Part shown: positions 40,128-49,233 of the stretch, one piece after another
Position numbering within the stretch: position 1 is the stretch's first letter
Layout of the letters: each line of letters starts with the position of its first letter
Assembly (NCBI GenBank): GCA_965224705.1
Contig: OZ245056.1
Coordinates: 1,888,001-1,952,000 of the forward strand
Source: Spirochaetaceae bacterium
GTDB taxonomy: Bacteria; Spirochaetota; Spirochaetia; DSM-2461
DNA length: 64,000 nt
Direction of reading: 5' to 3'
Notes under the pieces: model-generated
The model's input: the letters and a program-made list of their open reading frames with translations, nothing else
What the model was told of the DNA's origin: nothing
The model's database searches: none
Made by a program: the position numbers and the translations under genes

Positions 40128-40296
40128 CTAGGAGCCTGTCGGATTTACGTCTCACGGCTCGATTTTTGCCCTTTTTCCCTGCTGCTGCGTTGCCAAAATA
40201 CTCACGTAGCCCAGCTACGCTCCGTTTTTGTCGCCTTGCATCAGGAAAAAATCATCAAAAATCGCCTCGAAGCCTTAAAATCCGACAGACTCCTAG
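40128..40296. mobile_element. MITE family B (IS5-like ends)
   Basis: Inverted ends CTAGGAGCCTGTCGGATTT / AAATCCGACAGACTCCTAG; internal core shared with family A. Confidence 0.85.
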
Positions 40297-40362
40297 ATGG
40301 GGTCACTGCCCATTAACAAGCTTCCTGACGCTAAGAAATTTTTTTCACAGGAGAAAATCATT

Positions 40363-40947
40363 ATGAATTTAACAATTACATTGCAGGAGAGGAATTCCCG
40401 AGGGGAACTCCTTCTGCGAACACTATTTGGATGGATTTACATCCTGGTGCCTCATCTCTTTCTTCTCGTTTTTATTTCGATATGGAATTCCATCCTGGAT
40501 TTCGTAAAGTTCTGGGTTGTGTTGTTTACTGGCAAGATCCCCCAGAGTATCTATGAATTTCAGAAGAAACTATGGCAGTGGAAAATCCGCCTCATGGCTT
40601 CAGTACTCAATATGCGCGACGGTTACCCGGCCATTGGCATAGGCGCAAATAATCCGGATGCCACTATAGAGTTTGAGAATCCGGAAAAGGTGAGCCGCAG
40701 CCTTGTGTTGATTAGAGTCCTGTTCGGTTCAATCTATGTTGGCTTCCCTCATGGGATTCTTTTAAGCATCATTGGAATCGCTGTCAATTTCGTCGTTTTC
40801 ATTTCCTGGTGGATTATTCTTTTTGCGGGTGTATTTCCCTCGAATATGCATGACTTCCTGATGTACTATATCCGATGGAGTATCAGAGTGGAGCTCTACA
40901 TGTCTTACTACAGTGATGATTACCCTCCATTCCATGGCCGTGAGTAG
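40363..40947 (+). CDS. DUF4389 domain membrane protein
   Basis: Duplicated SR..LLR..PH...W..LF.G..P...DxYP pattern. Confidence 0.8.
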   Translation: MNLTITLQERNSRGELLLRTLFGWIYILVPHLFLLVFISIWNSILDFVKFWVVLFTGKIPQSIYEFQKKLWQWKIRLMASVLNMRDGYPAIGIGANNPDATIEFENPEKVSRSLVLIRVLFGSIYVGFPHGILLSIIGIAVNFVVFISWWIILFAGVFPSNMHDFLMYYIRWSIRVELYMSYYSDDYPPFHGRE

Positions 40948-40964
40948 CCGACAGGGAGCTAACC

Positions 40965-41462
40965 ATGAATGAAGGAACAACGATTACATTGCCGCAGCCC
41001 GAGGAAATAAGCCGCCGAGAGAAAGAAGATGCCATGGGTGCCTATTTCATGATGTTTGCGGCCTGGGGTATGGGTTTACCCTTCCCGTTTCTTAATCTGG
41101 TCGCCGCATTCATTTATTATGGACTACACAGAAGAAAATCCCGATTTGTAGCCTTCCATGCCCTTCAATCACTCACTTCCCAGTTTCCGGTTACGGCTGT
41201 CAACGCTGGACTCCTCTTCTGGTTACTTCGGACTATTGTCAAAGAACATTCCTACAGCCAGGAGTTTTGGGCATACACAGCATTCGCCATTATGCTGAAT
41301 CTGGCCTATATCATCACTTCCCTGGTGGCTCTGACCAGAGCATACAAAGGCAATTTCTTTTATTTTCCAATCTTCGGGCGGTGGGCATTCAATCGGTGGT
41401 ACGGGGCAAATTCCTCATCCAGGGAAAATGTGCCGCCCAAACCAAATCTTCCACCACGCTGA
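40965..41462 (+). CDS. DUF4870 domain membrane protein
   Basis: SRFVAFHALQS, AYKGNFFYFP. Confidence 0.75.
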   Translation: MNEGTTITLPQPEEISRREKEDAMGAYFMMFAAWGMGLPFPFLNLVAAFIYYGLHRRKSRFVAFHALQSLTSQFPVTAVNAGLLFWLLRTIVKEHSYSQEFWAYTAFAIMLNLAYIITSLVALTRAYKGNFFYFPIFGRWAFNRWYGANSSSRENVPPKPNLPPR

Positions 41463-42307
41463 TGATGGGATTTCGTCCGTCTGTTCTCTGGCTCAAAGAT
41501 GCTGCTATATTAGCGGCAGTTTTGCTTCTTATGGCAGCAGCAGGTTTGGGCTTTTCTCGACTAATGGAGAGAGGGCAGGTTCCTGGAGAAACCTTCATAG
41601 ATAAAACGATACAATCCTTCCTCGACTCCATAGAGACTTCCATCCGTGCCGTGTCGGATATACGCAATGATTCGGAAATTAGACATCTTGTAACCGTATT
41701 GCAAAACCGCCTCGGGACTGGCCTTGCAGAAATGGAGCCTGATTTGAAAATATCGGATATCCGGGTTCTGGTCGTGGAATCCGATGCAGTCAATGCTCTG
41801 GCCTTACCCGGAAATCTGATAATCCTCTTTACCGGTCTTATCAAGCATATGGACAATCCGGAAAATCTTGCCAGTATACTGGCCCACGAAATAGGGCACT
41901 GTGTCAATAATGATTCTCGCAATGCCCTGCTGCGGGATCTGGGGATCTCGTTATTAACCGGAGTCACCGGAACAGGAAATGTTGATAGAGTGGCCGGAGA
42001 ACTTTTCCGTGGTGCTGTTCGTTTGAACTATGGTCGGAAAGCCGAGAAGAGGGCCGATCATTTCGCTGTCGATCTCCTTGCGGCCTCAAGAATAGATCCT
42101 TTTTCTTTTGTTGATGCTCTAAGAAGCCTTGAAAATCTTTCAAATGCCCCGGAATGGTCTCAATATATAGACGAACATCCACGGATGGAGAAGCGTATAA
42201 GAGACGCACAGCGCCGGGGTGAAATGGCCTCCCTGTACCGGAAAGAGTTTACCCCCATTGCCATCGACTGGCTTGCCATCCAGGAAGCCCTTGATTATTC
42301 GGAATGA
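41462..42307 (+). CDS. M48-family metallopeptidase
   Basis: NALALPG, LAHEIGH, AEKRAD, HP...RI; N-terminal TM. Confidence 0.88.
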   Translation: MMGFRPSVLWLKDAAILAAVLLLMAAAGLGFSRLMERGQVPGETFIDKTIQSFLDSIETSIRAVSDIRNDSEIRHLVTVLQNRLGTGLAEMEPDLKISDIRVLVVESDAVNALALPGNLIILFTGLIKHMDNPENLASILAHEIGHCVNNDSRNALLRDLGISLLTGVTGTGNVDRVAGELFRGAVRLNYGRKAEKRADHFAVDLLAASRIDPFSFVDALRSLENLSNAPEWSQYIDEHPRMEKRIRDAQRRGEMASLYRKEFTPIAIDWLAIQEALDYSE

Positions 42308-42405
42308 AATCCGGGACTTGAATCAATGCTGGAAAACCAGTACAATGCCATTCATATAATTTTTTATTATTTACAAAGATGAATAATTCACCAAGGAGGC
42401 CTTCA

Positions 42406-43434
42406 ATGGCTAAAGTTAGAGTTGCTTTTAATGGCATGGGCCGCATAGGCAAAAATGTTATGCGCATCATCACTTCCCAATACAACGATGAGATTGAAAT
42501 CGTTGCGGGAAACGATCTGGTATCCGCATCTCAAATTGCAGCAGGTTTGCCAAAAGATTCTATTCATGGAAGATTCCCTGTCGATGTGAAGCTGATCAGT
42601 GACAATGTCATTCAAATCGGAACTCACAGGGTAACCGTTTACGCAGAAAAGGATGCGGGAGACATCCCATGGGCAAAACACAATGTTGATGTGGTTCTGG
42701 AATGCACCGGATTCTATCTCACTACGGACAAGGCCCAGGCTCATATCAAGGCGGGAGCCAGAAAAGTAATCATATCTGCTCCATGCAAGGATGATACCAA
42801 AACCGTTGTCATCGGTGTGAATCACGATTCCCTCACTTCCAGTGACAGAATTATTTCCAATGCATCATGCACAACCAACTGCCTGGCGCCGCTTACCAAG
42901 GCTGTTGACGACAGTTTCAAAGTTGTGTCAGGTCTGATGTGCACCACACATGCCGCTACTGCAACGCAGCGCGTACAGGATTTCTTTGGCGGAGGCAAGA
43001 ACCGGGCGACCATGAACAACATTATCCCGGCCTCCACAGGTGCAGCAATTGCGGTGGGTAAGGTTCTTCCTCACCTTAACGGCAAACTCAATGGAACAGC
43101 TCTCAGAGTTCCTACTGACACTGGTTCGGTTACTGAAGTTGTTTACCTTGTTGAAGGAAAGCACAGTGTTGACGAGATAAACAAAGCCGTGACTGAGAAT
43201 GCGAAAAAAATCAATGCCATGTCTCTTTCAGGAAAAATTCTGGATGTGAGTGATTACTATGAATGCTCCCGTGACTGTGTCGGAGAGGCATGGAGTTCCA
43301 TGGCAATTCCCGGGAATACCCGTGTGGCTGAGGCTGGAGCAAACACCATGGTGAAGATGACCAGTTTCTATGACAATGAAATGGGGTACTCAGCCAGAAT
43401 GGCCGAGTTGACTCAAATCTTTGCCGCCATCTAA
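42406..43434 (+). CDS. gap: Type I glyceraldehyde-3-phosphate dehydrogenase (divergent)
   Basis: NGMGRIG, ECTG, SNASCTTNCLAP, PASTGAA, RVPT, YDNE; AAGGAGG RBS. Confidence 0.92.
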   Translation: MAKVRVAFNGMGRIGKNVMRIITSQYNDEIEIVAGNDLVSASQIAAGLPKDSIHGRFPVDVKLISDNVIQIGTHRVTVYAEKDAGDIPWAKHNVDVVLECTGFYLTTDKAQAHIKAGARKVIISAPCKDDTKTVVIGVNHDSLTSSDRIISNASCTTNCLAPLTKAVDDSFKVVSGLMCTTHAATATQRVQDFFGGGKNRATMNNIIPASTGAAIAVGKVLPHLNGKLNGTALRVPTDTGSVTEVVYLVEGKHSVDEINKAVTENAKKINAMSLSGKILDVSDYYECSRDCVGEAWSSMAIPGNTRVAEAGANTMVKMTSFYDNEMGYSARMAELTQIFAAI

Positions 43435-45012
43435 CTGTTTCCGAACAACTCCGGGGATGGTGTAGCCGGGAATTGAAGTCAGGTTCTTAAAAGGATGTAT
43501 ATCCAGGACATTGGAGAACCATCCATCAAAGAAACGAAGGTCGATGAGATTGATCGCCGGGTTATGCGCAATGGGCATAACCTGCCCGGAATAGAGTAGA
43601 ATCTCTTCGGCCTCACTTAATTTTTCCAATCGGTCCCTGTAGGGGAGAAGTGCTGCCTCTCTGAGAAGGGAGTCATATCGAGTATTGGAGAATCCTGATT
43701 CATTGAAGCTACTGTCTGTCAGCCACATCCCCAGGAATGTCCAGGGGTCTGCGTAATCCCCCGTCCACGTAAGGGTGGCAATGTCGTACCCGCCAAGTTT
43801 TACGGAATTATAGTAATTGGGATAGGGGACGCTTTCGATAAAAACATCCAGTCCCAGTTCCTTCTGCCAGATGGACACCATGTAATCGACAGCAATATCC
43901 TCTGATGGAATCTTGATTGTAAGGGATGGCAGTCCCTGTCCTTCAGGATAACCGGCTTCATCCAGAAGATTCATTGCCTGCATTCTGCGTTCATCGACCG
44001 GGGGGTAGTCGGCGTCAGCAGTTGGGTAGTCCGGGATGGGGGGAACAAGACTCGTCCCTGGAATGAGCTGCTGACTGCGGATTTCTTCCCAGGGCAAAAG
44101 GAGTGACAGGGCCCGGCGGACTTTTCCATTCGACCAGGCGTCATTCCTGTTTGAAAAATAATAATAAGTAGTAGAAAACAGGGGTGAAGTTACAAGAGAA
44201 TCCTGTTTTCCGAGAGCCGATAGATTGATACCGGATACAACCCAATCTATTTCAAACCGGTTAAATTCAGCCATTATTTCATCAGAATCATCGTTGAACA
44301 GAAGATGCAGTTCATCAATTCCAATGTTTTCGGCATCCCAGTAATATGGGTTTTTCGTCAGGATGACTTCCTCAGAATTTCGAGTTTCAATTACATACGG
44401 ACCATTCACCGGTACTGAGGTAACTTTCGACCAGTCAACTGTATTTCGATAAACTTTGTGGACGGGAGCGAAACTGAAATGGCATAGAATGGACAGAAAT
44501 TGAGGTGATGGGTGCTTGAGTTTGACGATCAGGGTCTGACTGTCAGGTGTTTCAATTCCAATCCCATCAGGCCCGGCAATGCCTGTCCGGTATTCGTACG
44601 CTCCTGCAAGGTCGTCCAGCAATGATGCATACTCAGCCCTGGTGTCAGGCGATAGTAAATGAATCCATGATTCTTTGAACTCATTCGAGGTGATAATCTC
44701 ACCATGACTCCATTGCAATCCATTTCTCAGATGGAATGTGATGGTTAAGCCGTCTTCAGAAATTGACCACGACTCGGCCGCACCCGGGACGGGCTTCAAA
44801 GTAGCTGGATGGAAAATTGTTAAACCTTCATACAGAGCCGTAAAGATCTGGGCTTCAGAAGTTGTATAGGCATGATGGGGATTCCAACTGATCTGGTGAG
44901 TGCTGAACTGCACAGAAAAACTCGTTGAGTCCGACCAGATGCTGTGAGAAATGCACCAGAACACTGAAAGCACGAAAAAAAATCTTTTCATTGGAAGGAA
45001 CAATGTTGCCAT
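43390..45012 (-). CDS. Oligopeptide ABC transporter substrate-binding protein (OppA family)
   Basis: LYEGL, PGAAESW, NGPY, KNPYYW, VRRALS, WTGDYADP. Confidence 0.9.
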   Translation of the reverse strand: MATLFLPMKRFFFVLSVFWCISHSIWSDSTSFSVQFSTHQISWNPHHAYTTSEAQIFTALYEGLTIFHPATLKPVPGAAESWSISEDGLTITFHLRNGLQWSHGEIITSNEFKESWIHLLSPDTRAEYASLLDDLAGAYEYRTGIAGPDGIGIETPDSQTLIVKLKHPSPQFLSILCHFSFAPVHKVYRNTVDWSKVTSVPVNGPYVIETRNSEEVILTKNPYYWDAENIGIDELHLLFNDDSDEIMAEFNRFEIDWVVSGINLSALGKQDSLVTSPLFSTTYYYFSNRNDAWSNGKVRRALSLLLPWEEIRSQQLIPGTSLVPPIPDYPTADADYPPVDERRMQAMNLLDEAGYPEGQGLPSLTIKIPSEDIAVDYMVSIWQKELGLDVFIESVPYPNYYNSVKLGGYDIATLTWTGDYADPWTFLGMWLTDSSFNESGFSNTRYDSLLREAALLPYRDRLEKLSEAEEILLYSGQVMPIAHNPAINLIDLRFFDGWFSNVLDIHPFKNLTSIPGYTIPGVVRKQLDGGKDLSQLGHSG

Positions 45013-45072
45013 GAAGAGCTATTTCTGGCAACAGGTATGACACGATAGCGGAAAATTTGTTAGCATAGGCGC

Positions 45073-46971
45073 ATGATTATTGTACTGAAAAACAATATTA
45101 CTGATAAAGAAAAAGATTTCCTTACTCATTTTCTCAATGAGAATGATTTTCGGGTACGAGAGATTACAGAGGAAAATGAAACAATTCTAGGTGCCGTCGG
45201 GAATTTAGATATTGATCATCAGGCTGTGGCAAATATTCCAGGTGTTGCCCAGGTCATCCCCATAAGTAAACCATATAAAATGGCTTCCCGGCAATTTCAT
45301 CCCCAGGATTCCATCATCAGTGTGAAGTCCCTGAAGATTGGCGGCTCCCGCATAGTCATCACAGGAGGGCCATGTGCTGTGGAATCCAGGGAACAGATAG
45401 TGGAATCAGCATGGGCAGTAAAAAAAGCCGGCGGCGTGATGCTTCGGGGGGGAGCATATAAACCGCGTACTTCACCATATTCATTCCAGGGTCTTGGAGT
45501 GGAAGGATTGGAGTATTTGAAGGAAGCTGGTGAAGTAACAGGTTTGCCAACCGTTTCTGAAGTTGTGTCTCTCAACGATGTTGAGCGAATGAGCCGGTTC
45601 ATTGATGTTTTTCAAATTGGCACCCGGAATATGCAGAATTTTGAATTGCTCAAGGCGGTGGGATCAGCTGGAATGCCAGTGATTCTGAAGCGTGGATTAG
45701 CCTCAACCATTGAAGAATGGCTTATGGCGGCTGAATACCTGCTGGCATCGGGAACTGATGATGTGATTCTCTGCGAACGGGGAATACGAACCTTTGGGCG
45801 GAGCACCCGCAACACTCTGGATATTTCCGCCATTCCCGTTATTCGGGAACTCACTCATCTGCCAATCATTGTTGACCCCTCCCATGCGACAGGGATACGA
45901 GACAAAGTTCCTTCCATGGCCCTGGCCAGTATTGCTGCCGGAGCACATGGCCTGATAGTGGAAGTCCACCCCGATCCGGATAAGGCAATAAGTGATGGAG
46001 CGCAAACTCTCTGGCCGCAACAATTTGATAAACTGCTAAGAGATGTGGAAGCTCTGTGCCCTACAGTGGGGAAGGAACTCGCCCGGCTGCCGGAACGACA
46101 TCAAAAAGATCTTTTTCGGTCTCATGAGGATAGAACAGGCAGGGGTAAACTGCCTGAAGTTGTCTTTCAGGGTGAACGGGGAGCCCACAGCGAACGGGCC
46201 ATCATGAACTACTTCCCGGAGGGAGATGTGCAGCCAGTGGCCCTGCCCACATTTGAAGAAGTCTTCAACTCCGTTCTGTCCAGAAAAGCTTCCTGGGGGA
46301 TGATACCTGTTGAGAACTCCCTGGCAGGCAGTGTCCTGGAGAATTATGATTTGCTGACCCGATACCCGGATGTAAAAATTGTTGGGGAAATAAAAGTCAG
46401 GATTCAGCACAACCTCATTGTTCTACCCGATGGCAGTGAATCACAGATCAAAAAAGTCTACTCCCATCCCCAGGCTCTTTCACAGTGCGAAAAATTTCTC
46501 CATGAGAAAAAATGGGAAGTCATTCCCTACTTTGACACGGCCGGGGCTGCGGCCATGGTGCGCCGTGAGCAGAATGCCTCTCTGGCTGCCATCGCCAGCA
46601 GGGAAGCTGCGGACTACCACAAATTGAAAATTCTTTCTGAAAACATTGAAACCAATCCGCGCAATTACACCCGGTTTGCCATTATTGCTCATCTGGATAC
46701 CCCTGTGCCAGAGCATACGGACAAAGTATCCTTTATATTTACATTGAAGAGTCATGTCGGTTCTCTCATAGACGGCCTTGACATCCTCAAGAAATATGGG
46801 GTCAACATGACCAAGCTGGAATCCAGACCCATTGCCGGCCAACCCTGGAACTACATGTTCTATATTGATGCCATGCTTCCGGAAAATCCTGTCGATTTTG
46901 GAAAAGTTGAAAAAGCACTCCAGGAAGTAACAGAGGATTATCGCTGTCTTGGGGTATACCGGGCCGTTTAG
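45073..46971 (+). CDS. Fusion of DAHP synthase (type I-beta, N-terminal regulatory domain) and prephenate dehydratase with ACT domain
   Basis: GPCAVES, RGGAYKPRTSPYSFQG, CERGIR, DPSH; then QGERGAHSE, PVENS, SHPQAL.QC, NYTRF, KLESRP. Confidence 0.93.
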   Translation: MIIVLKNNITDKEKDFLTHFLNENDFRVREITEENETILGAVGNLDIDHQAVANIPGVAQVIPISKPYKMASRQFHPQDSIISVKSLKIGGSRIVITGGPCAVESREQIVESAWAVKKAGGVMLRGGAYKPRTSPYSFQGLGVEGLEYLKEAGEVTGLPTVSEVVSLNDVERMSRFIDVFQIGTRNMQNFELLKAVGSAGMPVILKRGLASTIEEWLMAAEYLLASGTDDVILCERGIRTFGRSTRNTLDISAIPVIRELTHLPIIVDPSHATGIRDKVPSMALASIAAGAHGLIVEVHPDPDKAISDGAQTLWPQQFDKLLRDVEALCPTVGKELARLPERHQKDLFRSHEDRTGRGKLPEVVFQGERGAHSERAIMNYFPEGDVQPVALPTFEEVFNSVLSRKASWGMIPVENSLAGSVLENYDLLTRYPDVKIVGEIKVRIQHNLIVLPDGSESQIKKVYSHPQALSQCEKFLHEKKWEVIPYFDTAGAAAMVRREQNASLAAIASREAADYHKLKILSENIETNPRNYTRFAIIAHLDTPVPEHTDKVSFIFTLKSHVGSLIDGLDILKKYGVNMTKLESRPIAGQPWNYMFYIDAMLPENPVDFGKVEKALQEVTEDYRCLGVYRAV

Positions 46972-46981
46972 GATCAAATCA

Positions 46982-48856
46982 ATGACACTGCTGAAAAACA
47001 GTCTGGTTCTCTACAAACAAGCCCCCGCACTCATCATTGAAACTGGGGAAAAGCTTGAGCTGGCCCTTAATGGGGGCAAGAGCCGGAGTGTTCGGATAAA
47101 AGATGTTGTGCTGCTTCACCCAGGGCCTGTTCCTGCATTTCCAGATCTGGAAAAAGAAGCACCTGAAGGACAACCCGAAGAGGCATGGAAACTGCTTCAA
47201 GATGAATCGCCCAGCCTGAGTGAGCTGGCGGAACTTGTCTATGGGGAGTTTACACCATCCACGGCCTGGCTGTCATTCAAACTTCTCAATCGGACTCCCT
47301 GGTTCAGGGGAACACCGGAGTCCATTGAAGTTGTTGACGCAGAAAGTGTTGCGCAGCGTATTCGAATGGAGGAAGAAAAAAAAGAAGCAGAGCAGCAGTG
47401 GACGGACTTCATTGAACGGTTCAAGCAAAAGAAGATCAATCCTGAAACGGATGAACTCTTCCTGAGAGATCTGGAAATGTTTGCCCTGGGCCGAAGCAAG
47501 GGCTCTCGCATTCTTAAAACTCTTAAAAAAACTCAAACCCCTGAAAATGCCCACAGAGTTATGATCGACTACCATGTAAAGACTGACATCTGGAATCCTC
47601 ATCCCCTGAGGCTTGAATTACCTATGGATGTTCCAGATTACTCTCTTGGAGAACTTCCCTCCGATGAACGCATGGATCTTACCAATATGGAAGCTTTTGC
47701 TATTGACGATGAGGAAACTGAGGATCCAGACGATGCCCTGGCCTGGGATGGAACAAAACTATGGGTTCATGTTGCTGATGTTGCTGCATTATTCCCCCCT
47801 GATTCCCCTGCCGATCAGGCTGCCCGGGAAAGGGGAAGCAGTCTCTACCTGCCGGAAGTTACGATTCCAATGCTTCCACCGAAAGCGGCGAAACTCCTCG
47901 GGTTGGGACAGAATGAGACATCACCTGCAATGTCGTATGCTTTTTCATTTGACAGCAGCTTCAATGTTACTGATTTTTCTGTCCATCTTACGACGATACG
48001 AGTTACCAGACTCTCATATGCTGAGGCGGATAAACGCATGTCCAGAGAACCTTTTAGAACGATGAAAAAGATCACCGATGCGGCTGCCAGACGCCGATAT
48101 GATTCAGGTGCAATATCCATCAACATGCCGGAAGTCAAGGTTAGAGTTGATGGCAATGGTGAGATTAACATAACGCCCATTCCTGAACTGGCCAGCAGTC
48201 ACATGGTAGCAGAAGCCATGATACTTGCCGGTTCGTATGCGGCCAAACTGTGTCTGGAGCATGATATCCCCATCCCCTTTGCAGTTCAGGTTAAAGGTGA
48301 TTTTCCAGAAGATGAAAATCCCCGTTCTGAAAATCAATACGAGGGGAACAGCGATTCGAAATATGCTGACTACCTTTCTGAATTCAACCGACGCCGCGGT
48401 ATGAAACGAAGCCGGATGACTCTGAAATGTGCCCCCCATGCTGGACTGGGTCTGGAGGCGTATACCCGGGTCACCAGCCCTCTGCGCCGCTACCCCGACC
48501 TTGTCACTTCCAGACAGATTCGCCAGTTCATTCTGGACCGGGAGATTGAATCTGAGGAATCAGTTCTTGAAGGTTTGGCTGCCTTTGAATCCCGTATTGG
48601 CAGTCTGGTTCAAGGAGAACGGCGATCTAACTTCTTCTGGAAACTTCTCTGGCTGAAAAGGCAGAACAAATTCAGTACTGATGCATGGCTGCTTGATAAA
48701 CGGGAACGGCAGGGTTATTTCCTGATTCCAGAAATCGCCATGGAAACCCGTGTACCATTGAAGGAAGAGATGAAGCTTGGCAGTCGTGTTAAATTGAGTC
48801 TTCACAAGGTGGATGTACCAGAATCTTCTGTGCTGTTCAGGATTGAGGAAACTTAG
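46982..48856 (+). CDS. RNB-domain exoribonuclease (RNase II family)
   Basis: AIDDEETEDPDDA, VHVADV, HAGLGL..YTRVTSPLRRYPDL. Confidence 0.92.
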   Translation: MTLLKNSLVLYKQAPALIIETGEKLELALNGGKSRSVRIKDVVLLHPGPVPAFPDLEKEAPEGQPEEAWKLLQDESPSLSELAELVYGEFTPSTAWLSFKLLNRTPWFRGTPESIEVVDAESVAQRIRMEEEKKEAEQQWTDFIERFKQKKINPETDELFLRDLEMFALGRSKGSRILKTLKKTQTPENAHRVMIDYHVKTDIWNPHPLRLELPMDVPDYSLGELPSDERMDLTNMEAFAIDDEETEDPDDALAWDGTKLWVHVADVAALFPPDSPADQAARERGSSLYLPEVTIPMLPPKAAKLLGLGQNETSPAMSYAFSFDSSFNVTDFSVHLTTIRVTRLSYAEADKRMSREPFRTMKKITDAAARRRYDSGAISINMPEVKVRVDGNGEINITPIPELASSHMVAEAMILAGSYAAKLCLEHDIPIPFAVQVKGDFPEDENPRSENQYEGNSDSKYADYLSEFNRRRGMKRSRMTLKCAPHAGLGLEAYTRVTSPLRRYPDLVTSRQIRQFILDREIESEESVLEGLAAFESRIGSLVQGERRSNFFWKLLWLKRQNKFSTDAWLLDKRERQGYFLIPEIAMETRVPLKEEMKLGSRVKLSLHKVDVPESSVLFRIEET

Positions 48857-48870
48857 ATTAAGGAATGAAA

Positions 48871-48892
48871 GACCGTTCCCAAAGGAACGGTC
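48871..48892. terminator. Hairpin terminator between the convergent RNB gene and tRNA-Phe
   Basis: GACCGTTCC-CAAA-GGAACGGTC. Confidence 0.7.
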
Positions 48893-48898
48893 AATGCC

Positions 48899-48971
48899 TG
48901 CCACCGAAGAGATTTGAACTCTTGACACATGGATTTTCAGTCCACTGCTCTACCAACTGAGCTACAGTGGC
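48899..48971 (-). tRNA. tRNA-Phe(GAA)
   Basis: Reverse complement GCCACTGTAGCTCAGTTGGTAGAGCAGTGGACTGAAAATCCATGTGTCAAGAGTTCAAATCTCTTCGGTGGCA. Confidence 0.96.
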
Positions 48972-48983
48972 ACATCGGATGTG

Positions 48984-49012
48984 AAACTACTACAACGAAC
49001 TGGCTTTGTCAA
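48984..49012 (-). promoter_or_regulatory. Sigma70 promoter of tRNA-Phe
   Basis: TTGACA-N17-TAGTTT on the minus strand. Confidence 0.7.
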
Positions 49013-49233
49013 GCAATTGCTTTCGGAATTAGTACTGAAAAGAAGGATGTGGTTTCCTCCCCGGGCTGATCGCTCACATCAATTGACAACAGTTGACACG
49101 GAAATCCTCCATTTTCCAGGTACCAGTTCTGACCGTTACTGACACAGCCTCAGTTTTGGATTGTCGGCGGGATACCATAACTGAAAGTGCCGCCTTGCCT
49201 TGCGTCCAGAACCAGGCTAAACTGAAAGTCATC

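Noticed and set aside
40101..40366. Small ORFs over MITE B and the extended start of the DUF4389 gene
   Set aside because: Explained by the MITE sequence; the RBS supports ATG 40363.
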